Source: a virus (taxonomy: Duplodnaviria > Caudoviricetes). Taken from it: DNA of 54,264 nucleotides. Under the pieces are notes generated by a model. That model did no database searches, was not told the DNA's origin, and saw only the letters and a list, made by a program, of their open reading frames with translations. A program made the translations under genes and the position numbers. Below, piece after piece: positions 18,008-27,336 of this stretch. How positions within the stretch are numbered: the stretch's first letter is position 1; each line of letters starts with the position of its first letter. The stretch spans positions 1 to 54,264 of the IMG/VR virus record IMGVR_UViG_3300025141_000126. One strand, written 5' to 3'.

Positions 18008-18795
18008 CCGACTACATTGACTTCGCAAACGACGAGGTAGACGACGGGCTGTTCAATGGCTGCGTCCCCCGTGAAGATGCCCCAGGTGATAACTTCGCTG
18101 TGTTCTCGTCCAAGTTCAGGACCATCCCCCGTGACGAATGGATCGTACTGCCGGAAGATGAATCCAACAAGGCGTTGATACAGAAGATTAAGAACCAAGG
18201 TCGAGAAGGGACATGCACTGCCAATGGTTGTGCGTCGGGCATTGAATGTGCCTGGAACATGACGTTCGGCACTGACCGGTGGGTAGAACTCTCCCCCATC
18301 TCACTCTATAAGCAGTGTGCTAGAGGCCCAAACACAGGGTCGTCTGTCTCCTGCATCATGAAGACCGCCCGTGAACTAGGTGCCTTACCAGTAGACACCC
18401 CCGAGAACCGTGCCTGGATGGAGTCGGTCGGTCTCAACCCCGCACACGTCATGGACGCCACAGGATTCTCTCAGCGCTACCCACAGGACTGGGAGCAGAC
18501 AGCGCAGCACTTCAGAGTAGATGAGGTGTTTGACATTGAGAGTTTCGACGAGTTTATCACGGCATTGCAAAAAGGCTTTGTCGTTTCTTACGGTCGCAAG
18601 GGTCACAGTATCCTTGGAGTCAGAGCCGTACGCAAGTCAGGTCAGTGGTGCATCGAGTACGCCAATTCATGGGGCGACTGGGGTGCAGACGGCTACGGCT
18701 ACGATACAGAACAGTTTGTCACCGGGTCCATTCGCCAGTACGGTGCAATAGCGATTCGGAATTGTCACGTCCCCACATTTATGAGGCAGATTTAA
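18004..18795 (+). CDS. Papain-like (C1) cysteine peptidase
   Basis: QGREGTC (oxyanion Q, catalytic C), GHSI, ANSWGDWGADGYG. Confidence 0.85.
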   Translation: MTDYIDFANDEVDDGLFNGCVPREDAPGDNFAVFSSKFRTIPRDEWIVLPEDESNKALIQKIKNQGREGTCTANGCASGIECAWNMTFGTDRWVELSPISLYKQCARGPNTGSSVSCIMKTARELGALPVDTPENRAWMESVGLNPAHVMDATGFSQRYPQDWEQTAQHFRVDEVFDIESFDEFITALQKGFVVSYGRKGHSILGVRAVRKSGQWCIEYANSWGDWGADGYGYDTEQFVTGSIRQYGAIAIRNCHVPTFMRQI

Positions 18796-19103
18796 TGAAC
18801 GAACAAGCACTAAAGGCAAAGCTAGATGAGGCCGCTAAGGCAGTACAAGGTGACGGCACGGGGTTCTCATTTGAATCTCTTTGGACCGTGATCGAGTCCG
18901 TTCTACAGGACGGGCAGGTAACAGCCGACGACTTCCAACCCATCCTGTTGTACGCAGAGGAGTTGTTTGACGAGTACGTTGTACCGTTCAATATCCCCAA
19001 GGTTCCTGCTTTCCTTGAGAGCATTATTGAGAAGCGTGTCTTGCGACCAATGATCCGAGTCGGCCTGGAGTTGCTATTCGACACCTACTTCAAAGAAGAA
19101 TAG
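18795..19103 (+). CDS. Hypothetical protein
   Basis: TAATG coupling; MNEQALKAK. Confidence 0.6.
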   Translation: MNEQALKAKLDEAAKAVQGDGTGFSFESLWTVIESVLQDGQVTADDFQPILLYAEELFDEYVVPFNIPKVPAFLESIIEKRVLRPMIRVGLELLFDTYFKEE

Positions 19104-19163
19104 ACCAAGTAACACCTCAGCCCCCCAGCTACTAACCAACATCAACGAACGAGGGCGAAGAGA

Positions 19164-19481
19164 ATGTATATTTTGGCACAGGCAGGCGACGTAGGGATCA
19201 CTGAGTTAGCCAGTAAGCTAACCCCATTGGCAGCGATCATAGTCATAGTCATCTACTTGCTAGCGGTACACCTACCACGGAAGGAATCAGCGGAGTCAAG
19301 TGAGCGAAAGGAAAGGATTGCAGCGTCCGCAGCAAAGGATGTGATACACGCAGCTACGCTAGAGGAGCAGCGCAAGGATTTCCGAGAAGAACTCAAGGTC
19401 AATCGCACCCACAACAATGAGCAGCACAAAGAGATCGTCATAAAGGTAGACAATCTGTCAACGCAAATCGGAGAACTGTGA
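19164..19481 (+). CDS. Holin-like single-TM protein
   Basis: TM segment LAAIIVIVIYLLAV followed by a coiled coil. Confidence 0.5.
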   Translation: MYILAQAGDVGITELASKLTPLAAIIVIVIYLLAVHLPRKESAESSERKERIAASAAKDVIHAATLEEQRKDFREELKVNRTHNNEQHKEIVIKVDNLSTQIGEL

Positions 19482-19861
19482 TGCTCGCCCTACTCCTGCT
19501 GTCATCGATCACGTTTGACATGACGCAAGAGGTAGACCTACTAGAACTCAACTCGCTGTACGACAACAACGACCAACGTGTTTTCGAGCAGATGATCTAC
19601 TATGAGTGGGACCGTGTTGACAACAGATACCATGTGGTTGACTGGCGACTACTGAAGCACAGAGGCATGATACCGATCAAGCAAGGCAGATACTACGAGA
19701 CGATCTGGATGGACGGCGACCAATTGAGGAGAGTGCGAGCAAAGTACTACCGGAAGACGTGGAGTAGAACTGACCCCGAGATAGGAGAGCGTGAGAGACT
19801 TCCAAAAGATCAAAGAAGAGGACTAATAAAATGGCCTACGAAGAAGAAAACAACCGAATGA
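19478..19861 (+). CDS. Secreted protein resembling a Planctomycete-conserved hypothetical family
   Basis: VDLLELN.....RVFEQMIYYEWD...WMDGDQLRRVRA...TWSRTDPE..ER..LPK..RRGL (similarity recalled, not searched). Confidence 0.6.
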   Translation: MMLALLLLSSITFDMTQEVDLLELNSLYDNNDQRVFEQMIYYEWDRVDNRYHVVDWRLLKHRGMIPIKQGRYYETIWMDGDQLRRVRAKYYRKTWSRTDPEIGERERLPKDQRRGLIKWPTKKKTTE

Positions 19862-20067
19862 GTGGACACCCCGGCGAGCGCAACCACAAAGCGAAGGTCA
19901 CGGCGAGTACCGTAAGGGAGATGAGGCACCTTCGTAGCAAGGGTGAGCGGGTGAGTAAGATAGCCCGGAAGTTTGGCGTAACACACGACCTAGCCTATAT
20001 GGCAATTACGGGCAGGACATGGGGTCACTTAGAGATTGCCGAAAGACCGGCGAAGGGGCTTACTTAA
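19858..20067 (+). CDS. Small HTH DNA-binding protein (like the C-terminal module of HNH proteins)
   Basis: GERNHKAKVT...IARKFGVT...GRTWGHL. Confidence 0.65.
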   Translation: MSGHPGERNHKAKVTASTVREMRHLRSKGERVSKIARKFGVTHDLAYMAITGRTWGHLEIAERPAKGLT

Positions 20068-20087
20068 GATGCTGAAACCTACACCAA

Positions 20088-20612
20088 ATGAGATTAACGA
20101 ATGACCAGCGCGACTTGTGTGCGGAACATGTACCTCTAGCACGAGTCTGGGCTGCACACTTTATATCAAGACACCCTTGGGCCGAACGAGTAATTGACTG
20201 TGAATCCACCGCGCTTGAGTCGCTATGCAGTGCAGCTACGACGTACGACCCAACGCTAGGTGAGTTCCCCCCATTCGCTCAGCGGGTGGTACGCAATGCG
20301 ATGATCGATGCATGTCGTCACGCCATGCGTCCAAAGAGGCACCTCCCTGATACGCTCCAGCTGACGAGATCCCATCTTCGCCAACTGCTCGACCCAAGTC
20401 CAGGCCCACAAGAGCAGGTTGAGACAGCAGAGTTCTTAGACAAAGCGATGGAGAACATGGACCCCTCCCACCAGCATGCGCTGTACATGCGTCACGGCCT
20501 GGGGATGACTCTGATCGAGGTCGCCCGAGAGTTGGACGTGTGCATAGAGACTGCACGAACGTATGCTAACGCCGCCCTCGCGAAGATACAGAGCGAAGTA
20601 GATCGGTCTTAA
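20088..20612 (+). CDS. Sigma-70 family RNA polymerase sigma factor
   Basis: Region 2 AATTYDPTLGEFPPFA..VVRNAMID; region 4 GMTLIEVARELDV. Confidence 0.8.
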   Translation: MRLTNDQRDLCAEHVPLARVWAAHFISRHPWAERVIDCESTALESLCSAATTYDPTLGEFPPFAQRVVRNAMIDACRHAMRPKRHLPDTLQLTRSHLRQLLDPSPGPQEQVETAEFLDKAMENMDPSHQHALYMRHGLGMTLIEVARELDVCIETARTYANAALAKIQSEVDRS

Positions 20613-20754
20613 CTTGCCAAACAGATCGAGATAGATCAATCTCCGTAGACTTGACAGCCCTGTATAGGCCTTCCCACGCAGCATCTATGTTAGGTGGCTT
20701 CATCTTAGCCCATGTGATCAGATTGCCGATCAACTCGTAGGTGTTATCGATCAT
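20566..20754 (-). CDS. MDDT-family small protein (array D)
   Basis: MIDNTYELIGNL; overlaps the upstream stop. Confidence 0.55.
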   Translation of the reverse strand: MIDNTYELIGNLITWAKMKPPNIDAAWEGLYRAVKSTEIDLSRSVWQVKTDLLRSVSSRGRR

Positions 20755-20929
20755 CTTCAACCACCCATGCCACATCTCTAGCGATCGACTCGTGGGGAAT
20801 GGCGAGCACGACGCCTCTGTGAATACCCACCATAGCATCCCTCCGTACCATGTACTCTAGGCTACCCATCAAGGCATCCCAGGGCACCTTAAACGATTCC
20901 AGTTCTATGCACTCTCGCGTTCTATCCAC
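20744..20929 (-). CDS. MDDT-family small protein (array D)
   Basis: GTGGATAG overlap; (M)DRTRECIELESFKVPW. Confidence 0.55.
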   Translation of the reverse strand: MDRTRECIELESFKVPWDALMGSLEYMVRRDAMVGIHRGVVLAIPHESIARDVAWVVEDDR

Positions 20930-21110
20930 GGTCCAGCATCTCCACAGTGATAGCCTCAGCGACTCGATCTTCCGGTAGTGCATCTCGCACGGCGCAGTGG
21001 ACTTGCAGCCACACATCAGGGTGTAAGTCCCTATTCCCGCCACGACACCACCGCAATGCCCCCCACGGTACGTCAAACACAGCACTCTCTATTGCGTTAC
21101 GTGTGTCCAT
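20922..21110 (-). CDS. MDDT-family small protein (array D)
   Basis: GGGAG RBS; MDTRNAIESAVFDVPW. Confidence 0.6.
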   Translation of the reverse strand: MDTRNAIESAVFDVPWGALRWCRGGNRDLHPDVWLQVHCAVRDALPEDRVAEAITVEMLDRG

Positions 21111-21301
21111 CGACTGTCACTCCCTAGTTCATCCATTGCATCGTGGACCGCCCACAGGACCGCATTGGAACCAAGTTCGTCCTCTACTCCCAAGCATACA
21201 CCACCCCAAATAGCACCCCAGACGCTCCTTGCATGCACCATTAGTGCCCGGTCAATGTCTTGACGAAACAGCTTGCCCATTTGTTCGTAGGTGTCATCCA
21301 T
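21089..21301 (-). CDS. MDDT-family small protein (array D)
   Basis: GGGAG RBS; MDDTYEQMGKL. Confidence 0.65.
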   Translation of the reverse strand: MDDTYEQMGKLFRQDIDRALMVHARSVWGAIWGGVCLGVEDELGSNAVLWAVHDAMDELGSDSRWTHVTQ

Positions 21302-21303
21302 TG

Positions 21304-23181
21304 TCACTCCCAGTCACGTTGAGTTGCGGTATTGTCCAACTGCTTATCCACCGACCTAGCGAGAGATAACTCAATCGTCTCGCTCTCACCAGCAAGAGCT
21401 ACTAAACCATCGCTGGAGAACTTACCCTCTAGTGCGGTGGCAGCGGCTAACTTGCGTGACATGAGGTGGATCATATCCTCCTGCATGGTGTCATTATACC
21501 GCAGGTAGTAGGTACGGCAAGGCAAAGGCTGAGCAATACGCCAGTGCCTACGACTAGCTTGGCGAAGCGTAAAGAGAGAAACCGGCGTCTCGTAGAAGAT
21601 AAGGGTGGGGAAGTTGTATGCTCCCCCTTTGTCGAACAGGTCTAGCCCAGTCTCGACCAGTTTCGGGTGCGAAATACAGACATCGCAGTCGGGTGCATGC
21701 TCTCTGATCCAGGCCTCGCGCTGATTCAGCTTGACCTTCGATCGTAGTACCGCCACCTTCAATCCAGCGTCGGTTAGTATCCTCTCTAGCCTCGCAACAA
21801 CGTCGCGTTTGGTCGTATTTAGCACATATACCCATGCTTTTCTGCCCTCAGACCCCTCCCTGAGACACAAATCTAGCAACTTTTGCTCTTTGGGGTAGAT
21901 CCGATCAGGAGAAAACGTCGCTAAATTGCAGACCGGCACGAATACACCGTCGTCATCGAGGTATCCTTGGGTGTCCCAGCCGAAGGGATGGTCGATGTAG
22001 TTCAGTAGTACGTTGTTCATCGTCCCACACATGCGTAGGTCACGCCTCGCCGCGAGTTGCATCGCCTTCTTGTACAGATGTGCCCCCGCCCTCAGGTACT
22101 CTTGATGGATATCGGGATCGAGGTTCACTCCAACAACGCTCTCCATGAGTGGCGGCAGATCATCGCTGACCTCATCGAGGGACAAGAACACCGAGCACCC
22201 GAGCAGGTGTCGCCCAAAGAGAGTCGGCATGATCCCCGGTCGCAGCGACATCGACTTCGACGACCGCTTCTTACCCTTCGCCTCACTCACGCTATGCTTA
22301 GACTCGATCCTCCCATACAGAGCGGAGAATGCGACCGAGTCCTCATATCGATGCCCCTCACCGAGCAGAGTCTGGGGGTTCACCTTCCAGAGCAGCGGCC
22401 TTAAGTGTTCTGCATACCCACCGATCAACGTGCCAGTGAGTAGGATCGTCTTATCAACCGACGCCATCAGCGATCCCACGGCTCGTGCCTGCAGGGTAGT
22501 GGCCGACTTCTCCTCGTGGGCCTCATCGACCACCAGGAAGTCAAAGAACCCCCGTAGCTTGCGGTGGATGTACTTCGCGGGTGACCAGCGGTCTTGAATA
22601 CGCTTGGTTCGGGTGTAGGTCCAGAGTTGCTCCCCGCACTCACACTGCCGCCGCTTCGACGCCATCTGTTTCGGGGTGTAGTCAATGTGACTTCCGCAGC
22701 CAGGGCACTTGGTCGCCTCGATCGGACGATGATCCGCACCCAGCTTGGCGGTATCCCGAGCGATGATAAACCACCCATGACCTGACAGCTTAGTCACATC
22801 CTGCCACGATCGGATCTGCGTGACCGGAATGTCGTCGCCTATCGTCTCGCGTATCTCCCGCTCCCACTTCTCGGTCACATGCCCTGGAGCGAAGACCAAT
22901 GCACGATACGGCTGATCGCGGTGAAACGTGGCAATGGCACAGGTGGTCTTACCAACCCCCATCTCGCCGCCTAGGAACAAACCCGAGTGTTGAGTCAAAG
23001 CGGCCTGGGAAGCGGCTACAACGTGTGCCTGGGCTGGTTTTAGGGTACGCAGCAGATGGAACTCCGGCAGATCGTCCATCCCCGGCGTATGCATAGGGGA
23101 GATGGCGTTGCGAGCGTTGGATTGTAGGTCCGTACCGTACTCAGCGACGTACTCATCGAGGTTAGAGATGGATGATAGCAC
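21304..23181 (-). CDS. SNF2-like/SF2 helicase with zinc-ribbon insert
   Basis: GEMGVGKT, DEAH, LTGTLIGG, VETGLDL, RQASRRHWRI; CPGC...CECG insert. Confidence 0.85.
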   Translation of the reverse strand: MLSSISNLDEYVAEYGTDLQSNARNAISPMHTPGMDDLPEFHLLRTLKPAQAHVVAASQAALTQHSGLFLGGEMGVGKTTCAIATFHRDQPYRALVFAPGHVTEKWEREIRETIGDDIPVTQIRSWQDVTKLSGHGWFIIARDTAKLGADHRPIEATKCPGCGSHIDYTPKQMASKRRQCECGEQLWTYTRTKRIQDRWSPAKYIHRKLRGFFDFLVVDEAHEEKSATTLQARAVGSLMASVDKTILLTGTLIGGYAEHLRPLLWKVNPQTLLGEGHRYEDSVAFSALYGRIESKHSVSEAKGKKRSSKSMSLRPGIMPTLFGRHLLGCSVFLSLDEVSDDLPPLMESVVGVNLDPDIHQEYLRAGAHLYKKAMQLAARRDLRMCGTMNNVLLNYIDHPFGWDTQGYLDDDGVFVPVCNLATFSPDRIYPKEQKLLDLCLREGSEGRKAWVYVLNTTKRDVVARLERILTDAGLKVAVLRSKVKLNQREAWIREHAPDCDVCISHPKLVETGLDLFDKGGAYNFPTLIFYETPVSLFTLRQASRRHWRIAQPLPCRTYYLRYNDTMQEDMIHLMSRKLAAATALEGKFSSDGLVALAGESETIELSLARSVDKQLDNTATQRDWE

Positions 23182-23393
23182 TATTTCCCCCCTCCCTTCC
23201 CCAGGCTGGCGAGGACATCAGCCACTATAAACCACAGTCTATCGTCGATAGGGTCCGAGACAACGTCTTCCACCATGTTCTCAATCTCGGCATGCACCTG
23301 AAGTCGCAACTCAGGGTCAACGGCGATTTTAATTTCATCGTAGACGTAGTGATCTACTACCGATTCAATTTCTGTTGATGTCACGTCGTCCAT
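23181..23393 (-). CDS. MDDT-family small protein (array E)
   Basis: GGGGAG RBS; MDDVTSTEIESVV. Confidence 0.65.
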   Translation of the reverse strand: MDDVTSTEIESVVDHYVYDEIKIAVDPELRLQVHAEIENMVEDVVSDPIDDRLWFIVADVLASLGKGGGK

Positions 23394-23584
23394 TACTTAT
23401 CTCCCCGTAAAGCGATAATGATGTCGTCTACCCTAGTCTCAATAGGCCACTCAAGCTGCTGGTCTGGGATACGCCCCTCGACTTCACGCATGACCTCACG
23501 TCGCACGAACATCGCGATATGTGTGACCATTTCGTCCCAAACCTCGTTGTCGATCGAAACGTCTAGCTTACGCACTGTATCCAT
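23393..23584 (-). CDS. MDDT-family small protein (array E)
   Basis: AGGAG RBS; MDTVRKLDVSIDNEVW. Confidence 0.65.
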   Translation of the reverse strand: MDTVRKLDVSIDNEVWDEMVTHIAMFVRREVMREVEGRIPDQQLEWPIETRVDDIIIALRGDK

Positions 23585-23756
23585 CGTCAAGCACTCCTAG
23601 AATAACAGGTTCCACTGCAAACGCTATGAGGTAGTTTGGCATCGATGCAATCACTTTATCCCGCACCTCCAGCCAGACCTGCATTGAAGCGCCGTTCATC
23701 TGCACGGTCGATTCCCCCATCACAGCACGATCAATTATGCGTTTAGTATCGTCCAT
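23568..23756 (-). CDS. MDDT-family small protein (array E)
   Basis: AGGAG RBS; MDDTKRIIDRAV. Confidence 0.65.
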   Translation of the reverse strand: MDDTKRIIDRAVMGESTVQMNGASMQVWLEVRDKVIASMPNYLIAFAVEPVILGVLDDGYSA

Positions 23757-24355
23757 CACTTGTCTCCTATCTTGATTGTACCAGTCTGCAGACCTCGCGT
23801 CACGGCATCGTCGATTTCCTTTGTGTCAGCATAGAGCATAGCACTGCTGCAACCCACGCATGTCAATGCCGACAGCAACCCCCGTCGCTCTAGATCCTCC
23901 CGCAGATACGGTATCCACGAGCGGAGCAAAGGGGTAGTGTACCGCTCTGACATGAGGGTCTGCCACAACGCCTCGTCACTATTAGACGGCAAGAATCTAG
24001 TATTGAGACTCATCACCACAAGGTGCCAGTGATCCCGGTCGAGACGTAGCTTCTTAATCGACAGATCCCCGGTCCTGAAGTGGGTCGCCCTCCAGGTGCC
24101 GTCGGCGTTGAACAGACTCAGTTGATGCCTGCATGGACCCAAGCGAATCATTCGCACCGCAGCGATCACGTCCTGCCTCGATCCAAGGGCAGACAGGATG
24201 TACACCCCACGAGACCCGATGGCGCATGCGTGCATGTCCAGGTTGACAAAGTGGTTACGCTCGCCGTCGAACGTGGCTAGCTGAACTTCTCCCCATGCAT
24301 AGGGAAACCTGCCTTGTATGCTTTTATCCACCTCGCTATGGTAGTCGCAGCCCAT
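23756..24355 (-). CDS. Hypothetical protein (TTPLLxxW motif)
   Basis: 199 aa ORF with YTTPLLRSWIPYL; true start uncertain. Confidence 0.55.
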   Translation of the reverse strand: MGCDYHSEVDKSIQGRFPYAWGEVQLATFDGERNHFVNLDMHACAIGSRGVYILSALGSRQDVIAAVRMIRLGPCRHQLSLFNADGTWRATHFRTGDLSIKKLRLDRDHWHLVVMSLNTRFLPSNSDEALWQTLMSERYTTPLLRSWIPYLREDLERRGLLSALTCVGCSSAMLYADTKEIDDAVTRGLQTGTIKIGDK

Positions 24356-25014
24356 GCTTTGCCATCCTTTCGCCGTCGCTTTTTCGTCTTGTACAACTTC
24401 GCAATTGTTTTCGGACCCATCCCTTCCTTGTTCAGCCGAGCAAACTCCGTGGCGTTGGCCCGCGCATCCCAGTCCTCGATCCAGGGAGCTGCCCGAGTCT
24501 TCCCTGGTGCCATCTTCCAGCCGATTGTCGGTGCCCCACCACTCGCAGCGGGTAACCCCTTCGATCTCCGGTTGGCGTTGACCGCGATCATCCGCTCGCT
24601 GATTTGTCGCCGCTCGAATGCTGCGATCAATGCAAGCACGCCGAAGATCATCTCACCGATAGCAGACGATGTGTCTAACTGTAGGTCGAGCAGATGTAGC
24701 GACACTTTCATCTCACCGAACTTCTCAAGGCAAGCGAGTGCGTCCTTGGTATTGCGGAACGCTCGGTCCAGCTTCGTGATGACGATGTGATCACCGGGTC
24801 GCAGCCCCAGCAGTTGCCTGCCGTTGGGCCGCTCGAATAGAGGTGTCCCGCCAGACACATTCCGGTCCACCAGGGTCGGTTCATGCAGTGGCACAGACAT
24901 TAGTTCAGGCCGACGCCCTGCCCAGTGCCGTTTGATGTAGTCCACTTGAGCCTCAACCGAGTTCTCTTGCTCGTCGGTACTCACACGCACGTACCCATAT
25001 GCTTTATTCTTCAT
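24277..25014 (-). CDS. Serine recombinase (resolvase/invertase family)
   Basis: YGYVRVSTDEQ, VSGG..ERP, TKLDRAFR, AAFERRQISER; AGGAGGAG RBS. Confidence 0.9.
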   Translation of the reverse strand: MKNKAYGYVRVSTDEQENSVEAQVDYIKRHWAGRRPELMSVPLHEPTLVDRNVSGGTPLFERPNGRQLLGLRPGDHIVITKLDRAFRNTKDALACLEKFGEMKVSLHLLDLQLDTSSAIGEMIFGVLALIAAFERRQISERMIAVNANRRSKGLPAASGGAPTIGWKMAPGKTRAAPWIEDWDARANATEFARLNKEGMGPKTIAKLYKTKKRRRKDGKAWAATTIARWIKAYKAGFPMHGEKFS

Positions 25015-25327
25015 GGGTCTCCTCCTCATCTGCCATTGAGTTGATGATCCAATTGGCATACTGTGGCCCAGTTACACGCTGGTGTCGTCGCTCTTTCCTG
25101 GTTCCACGACCACATTTCTGACACATCCCACCATGCAGGCCATTGCGGGGGTTCACCACGCCGCACTTACTACATCCCTTTGCAGTGTTCTTTATGTAGT
25201 TGATTACCTCGTACTTATGTTTGAAGTACGGTACTCCATCGACCTGGACGTTCGTTTCGTTAACGACGGTCCATCCCTCGTCTAGCTTTGCGTAACATAC
25301 GCCAAGGTGTCTACCGGCTTTCATCAT
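25004..25327 (-). CDS. Hypothetical zinc-finger protein
   Basis: CSKC...CQKC; coupled in the leftward operon. Confidence 0.55.
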   Translation of the reverse strand: MMKAGRHLGVCYAKLDEGWTVVNETNVQVDGVPYFKHKYEVINYIKNTAKGCSKCGVVNPRNGLHGGMCQKCGRGTRKERRHQRVTGPQYANWIINSMADEEETHEE

Positions 25328-25517
25328 CCATCTCCTCTAATGGTTCACTTGGTTCTTCGGAAAAGTCCCAACATCCAGCCTCTTGCGATCTCGTGCTCCA
25401 CATCTCAGCTTCGTCGCTGCGTTGGTTATGTAGCCCGGCGCCAGCAACACATCGATGGCAGATGCGAGACTTGTTTGGGGTGTCTCGACCGCACATGTCA
25501 CAGTTAACCTTCATCAT
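25311..25517 (-). CDS. Small zinc-finger protein
   Basis: CDMC...CHRC; AAGGAG RBS. Confidence 0.55.
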   Translation of the reverse strand: MMKVNCDMCGRDTPNKSRICHRCVAGAGLHNQRSDEAEMWSTRSQEAGCWDFSEEPSEPLEEMDDESR

Positions 25518-25881
25518 TCATCTCCTTTAGGCTAGTGCATAGTTCGTAATCGCTGCAGTCGTTGGATGTCATCCAGTCCACGGCGCAGTTGAGTCCAGCT
25601 TGTTTAGCTTCCACCTCAGTATCATAGGGTCCATCGTTCTCGCTCAGTGAATCAACAAACGACGCCGTGTCGCAGTCGATGATAGCCGACATATACCACT
25701 TGCCGTCACACTCACCGACATCAAAGTACACTACGTCAACCACCTCGTCCCCAGTGGCAACAGAATACGCTTCGTCCACGTCCACGACCACATCCGGCTC
25801 CTCACTTGAGTCATCATAGGGTTCTTCGTCCGGTAAATTCCCACATCCAGGTGGTAAACTCCATCCAAAATTTCCCATCAT
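25504..25881 (-). CDS. Acidic hypothetical protein
   Basis: MGNFGWSLPPGC start; GGAG RBS. Confidence 0.6.
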   Translation of the reverse strand: MMGNFGWSLPPGCGNLPDEEPYDDSSEEPDVVVDVDEAYSVATGDEVVDVVYFDVGECDGKWYMSAIIDCDTASFVDSLSENDGPYDTEVEAKQAGLNCAVDWMTSNDCSDYELCTSLKEMNDEG

Positions 25882-26204
25882 TCATCTCCCTGTGTAAAGG
25901 TATGTATCACTCCATCAGCACCGACCGCGCGCACGGTCAGTTGTACAATCTCAGCGTGGGTAGAACGGGTAACAGTGACGCCCCCATCCTTTTCGATGTA
26001 TTCTGTATTGACCAGTCGCTTCGACTTGCTAACCACCCCTCGCACCACATGGTCTCGCACGACGCCATTAAGATGCCCCGACGCTAGGAGCAGAGCGGTA
26101 TGCCCTGTCCCCAGCGGTAGAGGCGGCGACGGTAAAGGTCGAGGTGCAGGTGGTAGCAGGATCGAGAGGAGCGAACTGCCACGGATCAGGTCGTCCTTGC
26201 ACAC
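25878..26204 (-). CDS. Hypothetical protein
   Basis: Fills the operon gap with coupled overlaps. Confidence 0.4.
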   Translation of the reverse strand: MCKDDLIRGSSLLSILLPPAPRPLPSPPLPLGTGHTALLLASGHLNGVVRDHVVRGVVSKSKRLVNTEYIEKDGGVTVTRSTHAEIVQLTVRAVGADGVIHTFTQGDE

Positions 26205-26413
26205 TAGTACTCGTCCTCCTGAATGTTAAGGCGACCCATCATGCCGTCAGCCCATGATTTGCGGTTGCCGTTGCGTTGTTTGACCTTTGCGTCGGCACCA
26301 TCAGCCAGTGCCTTGAAACACGCACGGCATTTGGTATCGAGTTGCTTGAACGCCCGAGACTCTTGAAAGTGATCGTCGGGGAGTAACTCCTCGCAGCAGG
26401 GGCATTTTCTCAT
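26204..26413 (-). CDS. Small zinc-finger protein
   Basis: CPCC...CRAC. Confidence 0.55.
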   Translation of the reverse strand: MRKCPCCEELLPDDHFQESRAFKQLDTKCRACFKALADGADAKVKQRNGNRKSWADGMMGRLNIQEDEY

Positions 26414-26811
26414 ACGACTGGAACCTCATACGCCCGCTCAACGATAGCGAGTGCTCGGGCGAACGCCGCATGAACTTCCAAGAAAGAGTGCATGTCGTTC
26501 CAGTACGTGATGGGAATCTCCCCACATGCGAGGGTGAGGAGGGTCATTGCCGGGTTGGGCAACTCCCCCTTGGTCGCAGCAGCGCGATAGACCGCACCTG
26601 CCATCGAACGGCTGACGGTTGCGGATGTGCCATCGTCGTTGCACGACTCCCCATTGGCGTCCTTTGCTCGACACCCCTGGTGCCACGTTGACTCCTCTTC
26701 AATTAGGCTCTTGGCGAGCGTTAACACCGCATGTAGCTGCGAATGCTGGTGAGGTGACTGCTCGGCAACCACTTCTGCAGCGGCCTCAGTCGTTTCGTTG
26801 TCAGGATTCAT
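26410..26811 (-). CDS. DUF6197-like hypothetical protein
   Basis: AKSLIEE..WHQG..AKD...GA...WND....EVHAAFARA. Confidence 0.55.
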   Translation of the reverse strand: MNPDNETTEAAAEVVAEQSPHQHSQLHAVLTLAKSLIEEESTWHQGCRAKDANGESCNDDGTSATVSRSMAGAVYRAAATKGELPNPAMTLLTLACGEIPITYWNDMHSFLEVHAAFARALAIVERAYEVPVV

Positions 26812-26835
26812 AGATATCTCTCCATAGATGTGGAC

Positions 26836-27111
26836 CTACAAAGGCCCGTTAAGACAGCGGGGGCCGAGCCGTTCCCAGCACCCGCGTAAGATTGTTTCGT
26901 CTGCCTCGGTCGTTCCCTTCCAAGGTGTTCTCAGCTTGGTGGTACAACCCTCGGTGAGTCGCTTCGCCCATCCATAACGCCCCTTCTCGATCCATCGCAC
27001 AAAGGCATCGCGTTCGTCGTCGGTGACGCAGCCGGGGCGACCACAACCATGGTTCTCCCCATTACGACCGCACCACCGGCACTTCCTTGGCGTGACTTGT
27101 ACGTGGATCAT
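26836..27111 (-). CDS. Hypothetical protein
   Basis: CRWC..C...C; ATGA coupling. Confidence 0.5.
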   Translation of the reverse strand: MIHVQVTPRKCRWCGRNGENHGCGRPGCVTDDERDAFVRWIEKGRYGWAKRLTEGCTTKLRTPWKGTTEADETILRGCWERLGPRCLNGPL

Positions 27112-27336
27112 TCGTCGCCCCTCGATAAGAGTCGCAGGTCCAACTTGGCGTCGTACATGTCGCCTTCCAGGTCATCGACAGCACACGCAACGCGAGCGTT
27201 AAACCGCCATTGACGTATGATGTCGATCGCCATGATGAGGGCGAGGGTGCAGATAGCGAGATCGCTCATGGTGTCCTCCATAAGAACAGGGATAAACTAG
27301 CCAAGGGCACGCACCAAGAGCGGTGCGTGATCCAGG

